From Ministeria vibrans ATCC 50519 (lineage: Eukaryota > Protista > Filasterea): DNA of 64,000 nucleotides. Positions 29,690 to 41,943 of the stretch are shown here, in pieces. The stretch lies in the NCBI GenBank assembly GCA_943704425.1, contig CALSCP010000945.1:217165-281164 (forward strand). The letters are read 5' to 3'. The notes beneath the pieces are model-generated. The model searched no databases. It was given only the letters and a program-made list of their open reading frames with translations, and had not been told where the DNA came from. Each line of letters starts with the position of its first letter. The stretch's first letter is position 1. The position numbers and the translations under genes were made by a program.

Positions 29690-32200
29690 ATGCCTTCGAT
29701 CAAGAGAGGCGTGCGAAACGGCACGCCCTTTGTGGTGGTGCCTGAAGGCAATTTTATTCCGGTGCCGTTGTACAAGCTGATCCACACTCTGGTCAACAAG
29801 GGACTGTCGGTACGGGCCACTCCGCGCGCCGTTTGCTGCTCACTCGTCGCCCATGGCGGTGTGTTTGTCTCTTTTTTTGTTGTGCGGGTGGGCGTGCAGG
29901 ACGACAAGGAGCGTCGGTTGTTTCTGGATTTTGCGCGTCGTCTCGAAAGTGTTTACCGGAACCGCTGGTACGACGAGTACAAGTCGCTAAAGCGGTCCTT
30001 CTCGCTCTTCTCCCCACACCTGGAGGTACGTTGATTGGTGTTGTCTGTTTGGGTTGCGTCAGGCCCGCATGGCTGCGTCCCTGATGCCCGTGGGCCGGGC
30101 CAACACGCCCCGCTTGGGTGGCGCCGTGTCCCAGCCGAACACACCGCAACTGCCGCTGTGCCGTTGGGCCGCTGCGGGTCCGTACACCCGGTGGCGATGG
30201 TGTGCTTTGGTGTGGAGCGCATGCGACACCATGCAAACCGTCTTCTTCTTTTCTGTGTTGTGTCTTGTGTTAATGTGTGTTTTCTGCCTTCTGCGCATCT
30301 CTCAGGGTCGCGACTTGTTGGACCTGAAGGATGCCACCATCGATGCCGAGGAGGATGCCTTTCTTGACAAGTTTCACCAAATGATGTTGCGCGGCAACTA
30401 CCTCATGCTATCGCAGTCAGAGTACGACATGGCCATGGAGGAAGGTACTCATTAATAATAAAGATGACGATTATTATGCTCCAATCATAATAATAATTTT
30501 TTGTACGATATTTATTTCGATAGATTACATGTTCAATGTACGAGCGACCGTCAAGTGGAACAAACTGGATTCATCTTTATTTTCTCGCTTTCTCGAGAGA
30601 CACGAAGGAGAGGTGCGCACTCATACCACACCCACTCACAACAACGTATTAGACAATAAAATAATATGTATTTTGTGCTTTTTTTTGGTTCTTTTGTAGT
30701 TGTCCGAGTTGGGCCCGGGAGGAGCAGCATCGATTCTGAAGCACTCGCTAATCTACCATCGGGGTGTTGGGTGTGATCGTGTGACGGCGCCCATGATGAT
30801 GGAGAAGATTGATATGATGTTCTATCGTGCGCAAGAGGCACTCTCGAGCATTGTACGTCTCGCTCTCTCACCCAGTTCCTATCTTTGTCTCTGTGTTTCT
30901 CATGGGGGTTCTTTTTCTTTTAGATGTTCTTTTGGCGAAAACGAGAGAGCCAGACGCCGGAAGAGCTTCGTCTTGCGGCGGAAGCGGCAGCCGCGGCGGA
31001 CGAGGGCCATGTGCAGGTGGTGGAGCGACGCAATGTGCGGTCGCTGTTGTCGCTGGGCAACCTGCTGCGACCGCTGCGCATGCAAGAGCCGACCTTCAAA
31101 CAGATTATCATTTTGTATCGGCCTGTGGAGCCTCTGATAACGCAGAAGAACGCGTCGCTGCTCAAGACGACGGGAGTGGTAAGCCATGCGGACCAGAACC
31201 GGCGACGCGTGGCGCGCCGGCCAATCTACATCAAGAGCTTTGTTGACGTGCCCATGGCCGACATGGAGATGGTGCTGCCCGAGAAGGAGATCCAAATGAA
31301 CCCCGTCGACCTCATTAAGCTTGTCGTTGCCCTACTCGGCGCCTTTATCGCCGTCTACGTCAAGTTGACGGGCGACATGGACGACTCGGAGCAGAATGAG
31401 AACGCCGCCTTTGCCACTCTTGCGCTCATGGTCTCGTATGTCGTCAAGCTGGTGCTGCAGTTTAACACTCAGAACCAGAAGTATAATCTCATGGTCACGC
31501 AGAGCATTTACAAGAAGAGCCTAGACAACCACGATGGCGTCATGCTCTATCTTGTCGACTCGGTCCTCGAACAGGAACTCAAAGTAACCCACACTTGCAC
31601 TATATGAGCAGGTATCTCACACACTTTCTCTCACCTTGTATTACTTGTTTCTCTATCACTTTGTTTCTCTATCACTTTGTTTCACTATCACTTTGTTCCT
31701 CTATCACTTTGTCTCTCTATCACTTTGTCTCTCTATCACTTGTTTCTCTCTCTCTGCATGTGTGTGCTAGGAGTCCCTTTTAGCATACTTCTTTTTGTGG
31801 CGTGAAGGACCCAAGACTATGGAGGAACTTGATGAGATTTGTGAGTCATTTCTACGCAGCGAGTGTGACGAAAAGGTCGATTTTGAGGTGAGTTTAGAGA
31901 TTGTGAGCGAGAGAAAGAAACAATAATTAAATTATTGTGAAGGGGAGAGAGGAGGGAGAAAGACACAAAACAATATTAATCAACAGAATGAATGTCTGAG
32001 ATGTTAAATGGGCGCTTATTTTGCGAATGTAGGTTGATGATGCACTTGAAAAGTTGCAGCGCGATGGGTTTGTCAAGTATGTGCACGGAAAAGTGCGGAG
32101 TGTGCCAATCACAATGGCCATTCAGCAGCTGGACACCATTTGGGCGGGAGTGCACACGACCAAGAGTGCCCCTTGTCCGTACTGTCTGCATTTGAAGTGA
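29690..32200 (+). CDS. DUF3754 / TMEM143-like membrane protein
   Basis: EPTFKQIIILYR, IKSFVDVPMADMEMVLPEK, two TM segments, QELKESLLAYFFL and VDFEVDDALEKL. Confidence 0.8.
31640..31750 (-). repeat. CAAAGTGATA(GA)n minisatellite (intronic)
   Basis: Tandem TCTATCACTTTGT units on the + strand. Confidence 0.85.
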
Positions 32201-32228
32201 GACGGAGAGAGATAGGTCATAGGAGGGG

Positions 32229-32263
<35 letters not shown>

Positions 32264-32338
32264 GGCGTGTGGTAATGAACTGAGCGAAAGTTTGAACGAA
32301 AAAGAAAGGGGGAATGTGTACAGACAGAGTGATTGTAA

Positions 32339-35300
32339 TTAGTCCTTCTCAACCAACTCCATTTCGTGAGCCAACTGCTCAATGGTGAGGGGTGCAGGAG
32401 TGGGGTTGAGTGGGAGCAGTGCAGTGCCATTGGGCGTGACGGTGCCGTGGCGGGGCTCGCGCGGGCGCGGCGGAAGCACGTGAATCAGCTCAAGCAGATT
32501 TCGCATGCGAACCACGCGTGTGAACAAATGTATTTTCCTATGTGTGTAAGAAAGTGTGTTTGTGAGCTCTAGGGCAGCGGCATGGACAAACAGAAAACAG
32601 AGGAAGGTGTGTTGTGATCGTCTGTTTGTCGTGTATCCTTCTAACCTGGCTTTGGGTCCAAGAACACGCCAAATCTCCAAATTTCTGTGCCACTGAATCA
32701 CACTTAGCCCAAAGTCATGCACAGCTTCAATCTACAAACACAATATAAGACTAACAGAGAAAGGAAGAAAAAAATATAGAGGCAGAGAGAGGGAGAAAGA
32801 AAGAAAGAGAGAGAGAGAGAAAGAGAGAAACAAAGTGATACAGAGAGATACAAAGTGATAGAGAGAGAGGGAGAGAAACAAAGTGATAGAGAGAGAGAAA
32901 GAGAGAAAAAAACAGGTGATAGAAAACAGGTGATAGAAACAGGTGGTAGAGATAATCTTACAACTTGCCAATGCTTCCATAGTCCCATGTTGATATTTCT
33001 TTTTGTGCCATAGTGTTGCCACAGTTCCAGACAGCGCACTTCACTCTACATGCAATGCAACATGATAAGTATGAACTGCTGTGAATTGCCCTGTTTTATT
33101 GTGTCGACGTACAGTGCACTTTGCGACGCCCATGTGAAATTCAAAGCGTGGATCCGCAATTGCAGCCTGAATCATAAGTAGGAAGATATTAAGTGAGATA
33201 GGGGCTGAGTAAGCGAGCGACTGAATGACTGAGTTTTTTTCTTCTTTTCTTATGGGTGGTTTCTCATTGTTTTTCAAGCGTGTACCTCTTCAAAATCAAT
33301 CACTGCTGACAAATGTCCTGTTGAATTGAGCAGTACATTTTGCGCGTGCAAATCGCGATGCACTAAAACGCCCTCAAGTTTCTATCATGCGTTTCTATAT
33401 CAGTTTTCCATCTCTCGATAAAAATAACTAGAGTCGCCTTACCGGAACTGTTCCGTTTTTGATGAATGCCGTTGCAACTTTTCGCGCACTCTCAAATGCT
33501 CCAAATTTGGTTTCGTCAGACCACTGTTTCCAACGACCCATTAAGGTGTCAAGATCACCCTAAGCATACAGAAGAAGGTACTGTCCAGTTAGCATCACAC
33601 GAAACAAGAGAGCAGAAGTTGAGCACAGTACCTTTGGAAGAATATTCTCAGGATCAGAGCCAGTCATATTAATCCTAAATGAGTAGGGAGAGTGGTGAGT
33701 GAGTGACGCAAAGTAAAATAATAATAATTATAATTATTATTATTATTATTGTGTGTGCATTGTCTCAGCGCTTACGAGTGTAGTGCTAGCATAGCATCCA
33801 CTGCCATCTCAGACACGTGACATCGCGTCCGATCGTGTCGATCAACCCTATACAAAACACGATATGTTAATAATAATCATGTGTGGTTATTGAAATTTTT
33901 GTTTATTTCAAACCATTCTTTGTCGGAGTCTAACACTTCCAACAGAGCAAAAAAACTTTTGACTGATTCCAATCGCTCATCTTTTTTGCGCTGTCTCCTA
34001 ATTGATCAACATAAAATTAGTTGCTTTCGTTTCTTTTCATCCCTCTCATACATTATATAGCCATTTTTGTAGACTTTCGGAACGCGAATCACATTCGCAT
34101 TACGAACAATTTGCAGCGCTCTAAAAAAAAAAAAACAAAAGAAATACAGTGAGATTTGTTTTCGGGTTCATTTTTTTCGTGTTTTTTTTTGGCGCACTTC
34201 ATTTCGATTTCACCCATTGAGCGTTGAAGGAATCCCTCCCAGAGAGAGACATGGCCGTTCCAGATGCGTAGAATGACGCGCGGGGCGGGCGGGAATCCAC
34301 TGACACGCAAAAGAACCACTTCTTGCTGGTACGATCCTATATCCCCGCCAAAGAGGGTTAAGGTTGTGACTTTCGATTTTTCTTTCGTGTTCCTTTTTAC
34401 CAAGATTTTTCACCGCTGTGATTTGTGCTTTTGAGTGGCGAAAGAACCATTCGTGGATTTCTCGTGGGACATGAGAAAGAGGAAGATTGCGGTCATAATT
34501 ACCGGCACGAAGAACAAAGTCAGGAGCGGGATTGGGACGGATAATAGGATTGGGCGCGAGAGGGAGAGGAGCGTCGCTAGTGGTTGGGGAGTGGTGGTGG
34601 TTGGGAGTGAGCCAGGCGAGATGTTGTTGTGGTGGTGGTCGTAGCTGTGGTGGCGATGGTGGGGTGAAGTTGCTGTGCTGGGGGGCAGACAGGAGTGAAG
34701 GGACGGTGAGGAGAAGAAGAAGCGAGACCACGAGCAGCGCGAAGGGGCTCCTGTTGCCGGCTGGTGCGCTGGCCGAGGGGCTGCGCCGCATGCGCAGAAG
34801 CGGAAGCAGATACAGATCCACCAGAACCACAATCGCCACTATGGCATATTATTAATTGTTTGGAGTGTTTGTGTGAGTATATTGATGCTTGAGACTGGAT
34901 AATTATGTGTACCGAACGACTGGACGAAAGAAGAGTGCAACGGACCGTAAAGGGCACAAAATGTGGCAATGAGGAGCGTCAGTAGAACGAAAGCGGATTG
35001 AGGAAGCTCAAGCGACACAAATCGCTATGAAAAAAAAAACACACGATGATTCGTTTGGTTTGGTAGTTTGATTGACTTACCATTGTGACTCGAGCAAAAG
35101 TCCACGAACAAGAAAGGACAATGAGTGGAAGGGAAGCTAAACTCGCAAGGAGGTACGCTAAAGAGAGACGGGTCGAACAGGTTTAATTGATCATTATTAT
35201 TTGTAGGGTTGAGGGTATTATTAGACTAAGAGTTGGGGGTAAGAGTCTCCTGTATCATTAGGCGTAGAGATATTTGTCCTAGACTATACCGATTTTCATG

Positions 35301-36590
35301 AAGTGAATGATTCCGGTTTCTGAAGACATTAGAGTTGGAAGTTCGCTGTAAGGAATGCTTGGGCCAAACGAAAGCACACCCAACACACCAATCTAAAACG
35401 AAAAGCAACCCAACATATGAATGAGAAAGAATGAAAGAAAGAAAAAAAAACAAAGTGATACAGAGAGAGAACCAAAGTAAGAGAAGCAAAGTGAGAGAAG
35501 CAAAGTGATAGATAAAGAAACAAAGTGATAGAGACAAAGTGATAGATAAAGAAACAAAGTGATAGAATGGGAGGCGTACAGTGACATAGAAGAAGGCAAG
35601 AAGGGCAAGCGACGATTGGACGGAGCGGAAGAAGGTGGGCGCAAGGTCGCGTCGGAAGCACAGGAACATGTACTGGATTTGACTGCACACAGCAGGATCA
35701 AAAGAGAGAGAAAATGTGTGTGAGTGTGAGGAAAGGGTGCAGTCAATGGGCGTGAATCGGGAGTATTGTGTGGGTACGGTTGGACAGCATAAGTGAGCAC
35801 CAGAGTGGGCAGAACACTTGTGAGATTGTCGATGCGCCAGAGGGCAATGTCGTTCCAGGCATCTCTATTGGTAGGTGTGAGAGGGGGAGAGAGAAACGGG
35901 CGTGAGTGAGTGTGTGAAAGAGAGAAGCGAGCAAACCTGTTTTCAAATGCGAGGACGGTGAGAATGCCCAGGAAGGCGGCAAGCAGAACGAAGATGGTGT
36001 AGCAGGCGGGCAAGAGACTTCGCAAGAGTCCCGACGGTGGTCTGTAGGCAACAAAGGCGGTTGCGGCCGGGGTAAGGAGCAGACCGGTGATCATGATGGT
36101 GTGGGACTGACTGAGAGAGGCGCTGATTTCAACGAGCGTGTGAGTTTGGGCGGTCAGCATGGAAGGGGCTCACCTGGCGCTGTGCTCTCGAGCAATGTGG
36201 GGTGCCAGCTGACCAAAGAAGGTGATCGACGAGACGAGCAGGCTGAAGAGCGTCAGAAGCGCCGCCAGTTCGGTGGAGAAGCGAGCGCCTAAGGTAGCGG
36301 CACATCATGAGAATGATGCGGGTTTCCCAGTGGGCAGTGGCGTACCTTCGCGCGGCACAAGCACGCTATCGGTGCGTGATATACAGTAAGAAGACAGCCA
36401 GAAGTAGCCGAGGACCAAAAGCGGGCCTGTGGAGCAACGCAGCAGCCGGGATGAGGCAGACGGCGGTCTTGCATTGCGACATACCGCCAATCAGCCCAAC
36501 CTGGTCCATGATCCACGGCATGGACGCCGCCGCGTTCATGTGGAGACACCCCAACGTTACAAGCGTTGTGATCTCCGGCGATGCCGACAT
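32339..36590 (-). CDS. Fusion of an Aa_trans/SLC38-like multi-pass transporter to a C-terminal APH/choline-kinase-fold phosphotransferase
   Basis: Phase-consistent exons give SMPWIMDQVGLIGGPLLVL, TYAVQPQIQYMF, FYVTIGVLGVLSFG, LASLPLIVLSC and FVAIVVLVDLYLLP. A last TM and P-rich linker lead to EMKALQIVR...VPKVY, LALHS, LVHRDLHAQNVLL and AVIDFEEAAIADP. Junction intron 34839-34912. Confidence 0.72.
32820..32952 (+). repeat. CAAAGTGATA/CAGGTGATA(GA)n minisatellite (intronic)
   Basis: Direct observation. Confidence 0.8.
35445..35565 (+). repeat. CAAAGTGATA(GA)n minisatellite (intronic)
   Basis: Direct observation. Confidence 0.8.
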
Positions 36591-36719
36591 ACCGCCTCAG
36601 ATGATGTTGTGCGGTTGCACAAATGAAAACACAGATGAATGAAAAAAAGCTGATTATTTTTGATTTTTCAATTAGTTACGCTGATCAGAATAAATTTCCA
36701 AAAAGCAATTTAAAGAAAA

Positions 36720-36911
36720 ATGGCTGCGGCAGCACAACGAGCTGCTATGAAGCTGTTGCAAACAGCCAGTGGGCTTGTGCCGAAAGCGAGAATGGCGGCA
36801 GAGAGCACGATTGACCTGGCCAAGGCGGCCAAGGCCAAGGCAGCGCCCCACGTCCACTGGTTCATGCAGCACGCCCCCAAGGAGCTTGGGCCCCCTTCCC
36901 TCGCCAAGTGG
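36720..36911 (+). CDS. ATP5MG: Mitochondrial ATP synthase subunit g, exon 1
   Basis: ...HWFMQHAPKELGPPSLAKW, with a phase-0 donor at 36912. Colinear with subunit g (ELxPP motif) when joined to the exon at 40737. Confidence 0.85.
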
Positions 36912-37005
36912 GTACGTCTCCATCGTCTTCTCGCTTCTTCACGCCATTTCCTTTCTTTTTTTTTTTTTTTTTTTTTTCCCCTATTTCGTCTCCACGTCGA
37001 CATAG

Positions 37006-37247
37006 GCAAAGGCGAGTGTCTGTTGCGCGCGACGTTGGGCTCACGCAAGTTGAGCACACTGATTGGACCCCGCGACATTACCAAATTTCAGATTTCATAT
37101 GGCAATGTGATTAAGGTGAGAGAGTGTGTGTTGTGTTGTGTGTGTGTTACTGTACAACATGACTGGCTGGGTGCTGAAACATCGTGACAGGCACACATTG
37201 ATGCTTTGAAGAAGAAGGAGAGGCGGCCACGCGGAACGGTCGAGTGA
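37006..37247 (+). CDS. SRP14: Signal recognition particle 14 kDa protein, C-terminal exons only (37006-37115 and 37191-37247)
   Basis: ECLLRATLGSRKLSTLIGPRDITKFQISYGNVIKAHIDALKKKER matches SRP14 (CLLRATDGKKKISTVV...KFQMAYSNLLRANMDGLKKRDK). Phase-1 acceptor; the first exon is not in the window. Confidence 0.85.
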
Positions 37248-37304
37248 TAGTGCACAGTGTGTGGTAAAGTAGGTTTATGTATATTACAAGACAAATTGTC
37301 ATGC

Positions 37305-38433
37305 TTAAGGAGACGGCGGGTTGAAAAGAAAGTCCTTCTTTGGTGGCAGAGATGCGTGTCGAGCGTCGCGACGCGCACGGTACTGGGCAATGACACGCTC
37401 ACGGTCGTTGGCCAACATTGCTGCTTGGGCTGCTGTTCGATTGCGGTCGAGGGTGGCACGCGCAGCTTTCTGTTGCGCGAGCATTGCGCTGGCACGACTG
37501 CTTGTGTGCGCCGTGCTCTGTTGCTTTTTCTTCGCTGCTGCCGCCACAGGATCCGCAACGCCACCACCACTGCCAGCTGCAAGTTTCTGTTGAGCAAGCA
37601 TGGAGCCGGCAATGCGGGACGCCTGAGTGGCCTGAGCTGTGCGAGGCACGGCAGTGATCTTGGGCGGTGCGGTCATTCGGTCACCAAAGCGCGCTGGAGC
37701 CTGTGAAAGTCGTTCGAGAACCTTGTCTTCGGCCTTTTCCGCTCGTCGTGCTTGTGCACGTTGTTCTCGATCCTCTTGGCGCTCCTTGAGTGTCCTATAA
37801 TGCAATTGTTTTTTTTTTTGTTTTGTCAACAGCCTGAGTGCGTACTGTGAACGACGTTTGCGTCTCTTGGACACTTTGGTCATTTTGTCAAGAAGAGAAT
37901 CTCGCATGGCCTCATCAACGCGCCAGTTGAACGATGAGAGGGACTCGCCCTCCTCGAGAGTGGGCTATGCAGCCGCAAGCAAGCACGAGCAGTGGTTAGG
38001 AGGGCGCAGTGCTTCGAATGCGTCTCAGCGTACCATCACAACCGCTTTCGACGCCGCCTGCTCCGGCTTCTGTTTCTTGGCTTTGGACGATGACTCGCCG
38101 TCGTCTACACAGTCCCTTGAGCAACGGCACGCCCCACAACACTTCTTTTTTTTTTTTTTTCCGTTCAACCTTCGCGTGCACGCACTCGTTTGCCGCTCAT
38201 CGCCGCTTTCAGGTCTTTGAGCTTCCTGGGCGTGTCGGATTTCTTTAGGGCCGCCTCTGACGGAGCCTATGGAAGAGCAGAGAGCGCAGGAAATGGCGTG
38301 AGAGGCGGACAATGACCACAGCGCCAGTGTGAAGTGTTACGCGTGCAACTTCCTCATCGGGTATCTCCTTTGGCTTGTTCTTGTTGAACGGATCGATAGC
38401 ACGAAGTTTCCGAAATCGTGCAACTCGGCCCAT
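37305..38433 (-). CDS. CCDC137-like basic nucleolar coiled-coil protein
   Basis: KLRAIDPF, EGESLSSFNWR, ARFGDRMTAPPKITAVPR and DRERVIAQYR. Confidence 0.6.
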
Positions 38434-38531
38434 TCTGTATGCAGTCCCGTCAAATAAATTAATGATAACAGATAAATGAATAAATAATTCAAAATCGAGA
38501 GCTGACTGAGCTGGACTCAATGAAAATCTAT

Positions 38532-39463
38532 TCAAGTAAAGCTTGTTAACTGTAATCTGACTAAGAAGAGTGTTGATACTCCACTAGACACTGTACTCGA
38601 TGGCATTGCACTCACTAGGCAGTAGACATGACAAAAATACAAAAGGCAGATATGACATAACAACACATAAAAATACATTATGCTGATAAGACATAACAAC
38701 ACTCCCTGGGTATTCTGAAAGAAAGTTGGTTTATTGTGGAGGCAACGAATAAACCACAACGTCGGGGCCAGTGACTTGAATTGTGTGCAAGAGAGAGTCG
38801 TCGGCAGAGAGAAAATCAACACGACCAGCGGCAAAGTAACGCGAGCCGGTGGAGGAGACGAGCGAGAAGGCGGAGGAGACATCGACTTCAATGGTGGAGA
38901 TGAGACGAGACTGCTGGGCGGGCACATGTGTGCGAGAGAAGGCACAGAGAGAGCGCAGTGGAGTGACACTGGAGAAGGTGGATTTGACAGTGGTAGTGCG
39001 TTTGGCAAAGGTCAGGAGAGTATAGTCGGAGGCGATGGTGCTGTGGGTGTTGTTGAGCCTCACGGCGAAGGAGAGACAGGCAAGGGAGCGAGAGGGCGAG
39101 GCAAACGCACTTGCAAGAACCGCTGTCGTGACAGTGGTGCACGACGGACGACGCTCATAGGTGGCCGTAAAAGGAGCATACCTAAACGTCAAGAAGCGCA
39201 TAAGTGCACAAAAGATGGTGGAGAAACATACGTGAGGCCGTGGCCAAAGGGAAACACCGGCTTGCCCGTGTAGTAGCGGTATGTGCGACCCGGAGGTTTA
39301 GTGAACGACATGTCAAACATGGACATCTCGTTGACATACGCCGCTGGATACATCTAAAATATAGATATAATATTATAATATGTATAGTTATTATAAAATA
39401 TAAATATAATTATATATAGAGAGGTGGGAGCAACGAAGGAGAAAAGCGTGAGAACACACAACA

Positions 39464-39553
<90 letters not shown>

Positions 39554-40559
39554 TATTTAGCGTACGGTGACGGGAAGACGCCCGGCCGGCGCACTGTCGC
39601 CGAAAAGGGTGCTGACAATAGCCGAGCCGCCACTCTGGCCTGGATAGCCCACCCATAGGACCGCAAAGCGTTGCTCTTTCTTAATTCGCGTCAGATCAAC
39701 CATTCCTCCTCCAAATACAATCATCACAACGCGCTTGTGCGTGTCCAGCACCGTCAGATCGCGCACCAGCTCAATCATCTCCCACTGTGCTTCGGGCAGT
39801 TCCAGCGACGTGCGGTCGTGGCCCTCGGACTCGAGTGACTCGTCCAATCCCACTGCAAGCACAATAAGATCGTGACTGCTCGCAACCACTCGTGTAATCT
39901 CCGCCCGCTCCACATCGCTCAGACGTGTTCCGCCCACTGTACATCCTTGCGTGTGCTCCACGGAGACGCCCTCCAGACTGTCAAGAGCCATCAGTGGCGT
40001 CTCAACGCTCTCCGGCAGTCCAAAGTAGTTTCCAAGCAGCACATTTTTGCTGTTGCCATTGGGGCCAATAAGCCCGACCGATTTCACCGACGCACGTGAC
40101 ACCGGCAGAGTGCCCTGGGCATTCTGCAGCAAAACAAAGGTCGCCTGGGCGGCACGCAGCGCGAGGGCTTTGTGCGCAGGGCTGTTTGCGGCACTGGGTG
40201 GTATCTGTGCGTACTGCTGGTGCGCAGGCGCGTCAAACAGCCCCAGTTGCATGCGTGCAGAGAACAGCCGCTCAAGCGAACGATCCACAACAGCCTCACT
40301 CACATCGCCCTGCAGCCAAGAAAAAAAAAAAGAATACCCCCGCCCCCCGCTCAAAGTGAGTGCGGTTGTGCCGTTGAAGTGATGTGTGCGTGAGTGATTA
40401 CTTGGCGCACAGCCGTCTGCGTGTGTAGGGGCATGACAAACCCACAGTCGACGTCACAGCCGCCTTTGAGTGCCGCTGCTGCTGCCAGTGGGAACGACGT
40501 CGTGTAGTTGTGTGTCTTGGCAATGTCCCAGATAGCACCACAGTCAGACGAGACAAAAC
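38532..40559 (-). CDS. Glycoside hydrolase family 3 (beta-xylosidase/glucosidase-like), 5' part missing
   Basis: FVSSDCGAI nucleophile motif, VLLQN...LP, ESEGHDRTSLELP, GYPGQSGG, PAGRLPVT and PGRTYRYYTGKPVFPFGHGL. Upstream exons are lost at the gap at 40656; the 3' end is approximate. Confidence 0.88.
39468..39550. repeat. (CA)n microsatellite
   Basis: Direct observation. Confidence 0.95.
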
Positions 40560-40596
40560 CTTTTTTTTGGTGGTTTAGTAAGTCATACTGTCTGCG

Positions 40597-40655
<59 letters not shown>

Positions 40656-40665
40656 NNNNNNNNNN
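40656..40665. other. 10-N scaffold gap
   Basis: Run of n flanked by (TA)n(TG)n and poly-T. Confidence 1.
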
Positions 40666-40736
40666 TTTTTTTTTTTTTGCTTTCTCGCTCTTGCTCATTT
40701 CGTATCTGTCTCTCTTGTCTGTCTCGATCATTGCAG

Positions 40737-41218
40737 GGTGCGGCACAGAACGAAGGAAGAGCTGTTGTAAAGACGATCACGACGGGAAGGATCTTTTCCA
40801 TGCCAGTCAGAGATGTAAGTGGCCCGTCGGGTTTGCCCCTCTGCTGTTGTCACCCGGCGAGTGTCTCGCGTCCACTCGCACGCTTGTGGTTGTAATCCCC
40901 ACTCCTTATCTTTTTGTGGTCTTTCTTTTTTGTGACAATGGGTGTGCGAAAACGTATTGTTATCACTTTGTTGTTATGTGTTTTGTGCATTGTGATACAC
41001 ACGCCAGACTCACTCAACCTTCCCTATTCCCCTCCCTTCCTCCCCCTCACTCACTCACATTCTCTCTCTCTCCTTCTCCTTCTCTTTCTTTCTCTCTTGC
41101 TCTCTCTGTGTATGTTCAGGTTGCTGGCGGAGCACTTGTTGCGTTTGAGGTCATGTGCTGGTTCTACGTTGGAGAGATTATTGGCCGAGGGAACCTGGTT
41201 GGCTACAAGACACATTAG
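40737..41218 (+). CDS. ATP5MG: ATP synthase subunit g, exons 2-3 (40737-40814 and 41120-41218)
   Basis: GAAQNEGRAVVKTITTGRIFSMPVRD|VAGGALVAFEVMCWFYVGEIIGRGNLVGY carries the subunit g signature. Confidence 0.92.
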
Positions 41219-41582
41219 AGTAAAAGGATCTGTGACGAAGTAGTCTTTGTAAAAACAAAAACGAATCAAACATCTATCAAAGAGAACGACGGTCTTTCCC
41301 AGTTCAGCAAACTCGAGGCGTTTTCCTTCATTTGAGATATCTGGCTTGTGATCGAAGAACTGTGCTGGCGAGCTGAAGAGAAAACGGAACCGATTTGCCA
41401 CTTGTTGTTAAGAATCCCTTGAGCAAGGATGATATTACTGTGTTGTTCAATGTTGTTTACTTCTATAATCTATTCAGTTTTCTACATTAAATATTTTAAT
41501 AATTATTAATAATATAATTGCCAACCTGTCTCTGTTTTCTCTCGACGCTTCTGTAGCTTAGAAAGTGGTTCTGAGCTGTTTG

Positions 41583-41609
41583 TGTTGTCGCTTTTCGTTT
41601 GTGATTGAT
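41583..41609 (+). promoter_or_regulatory. 27-nt upstream motif (copy 2)
   Basis: Identical to the reverse complement of 5061-5087. Lies ~78 nt upstream of the 6PGD ATG. Confidence 0.5.
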
Positions 41610-41686
41610 AATAAATTGGAAATGTCTTGTTCGTCTTTTTAATATTATAATAATTATATTTTTTTGCAATCTTCTTCTGCTTTGTC

Positions 41687-41899
41687 ATGTCGAACACCAT
41701 TGGACTGGTTGGCTTGGCCGTGATGGGCCAGAACCTTGCGCTGAACATTGCCGAGAAGGGCTTTAAGATTGGTGTTTACAACCGCACTCTGTCCAAGGTC
41801 GACGACGCTGTGCGCCGCGCCGCCGACGAGGGCAACCTGCCTTTGACGGGCTACCAGGACATGGCCTCATTTGTCGCGGTACGTCGTCGACATGTCTTC

Positions 41900-41943
<44 letters not shown>

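Noticed and set aside
34210-34791. Stand-alone type II membrane kinase starting at MRRSPS
   Set aside because: The upstream frame is open to an AG acceptor, and the transporter's last exon has a phase-matched donor and no stop codon. Fusion is preferred pending RNA evidence.
36720-37187. ORF suggesting an ATP synthase g-SRP14 fusion protein
   Set aside because: It reads through an intron-like poly-T tract, the splice phases are incompatible (0 vs 1), and the true ATP5MG exons 2-3 lie at 40737-41218.
41230-41690. Possible small spliced minus-strand gene between ATP5MG and 6PGD
   Set aside because: No convincing start codon or recognisable motif, and it overlaps the 6PGD promoter.
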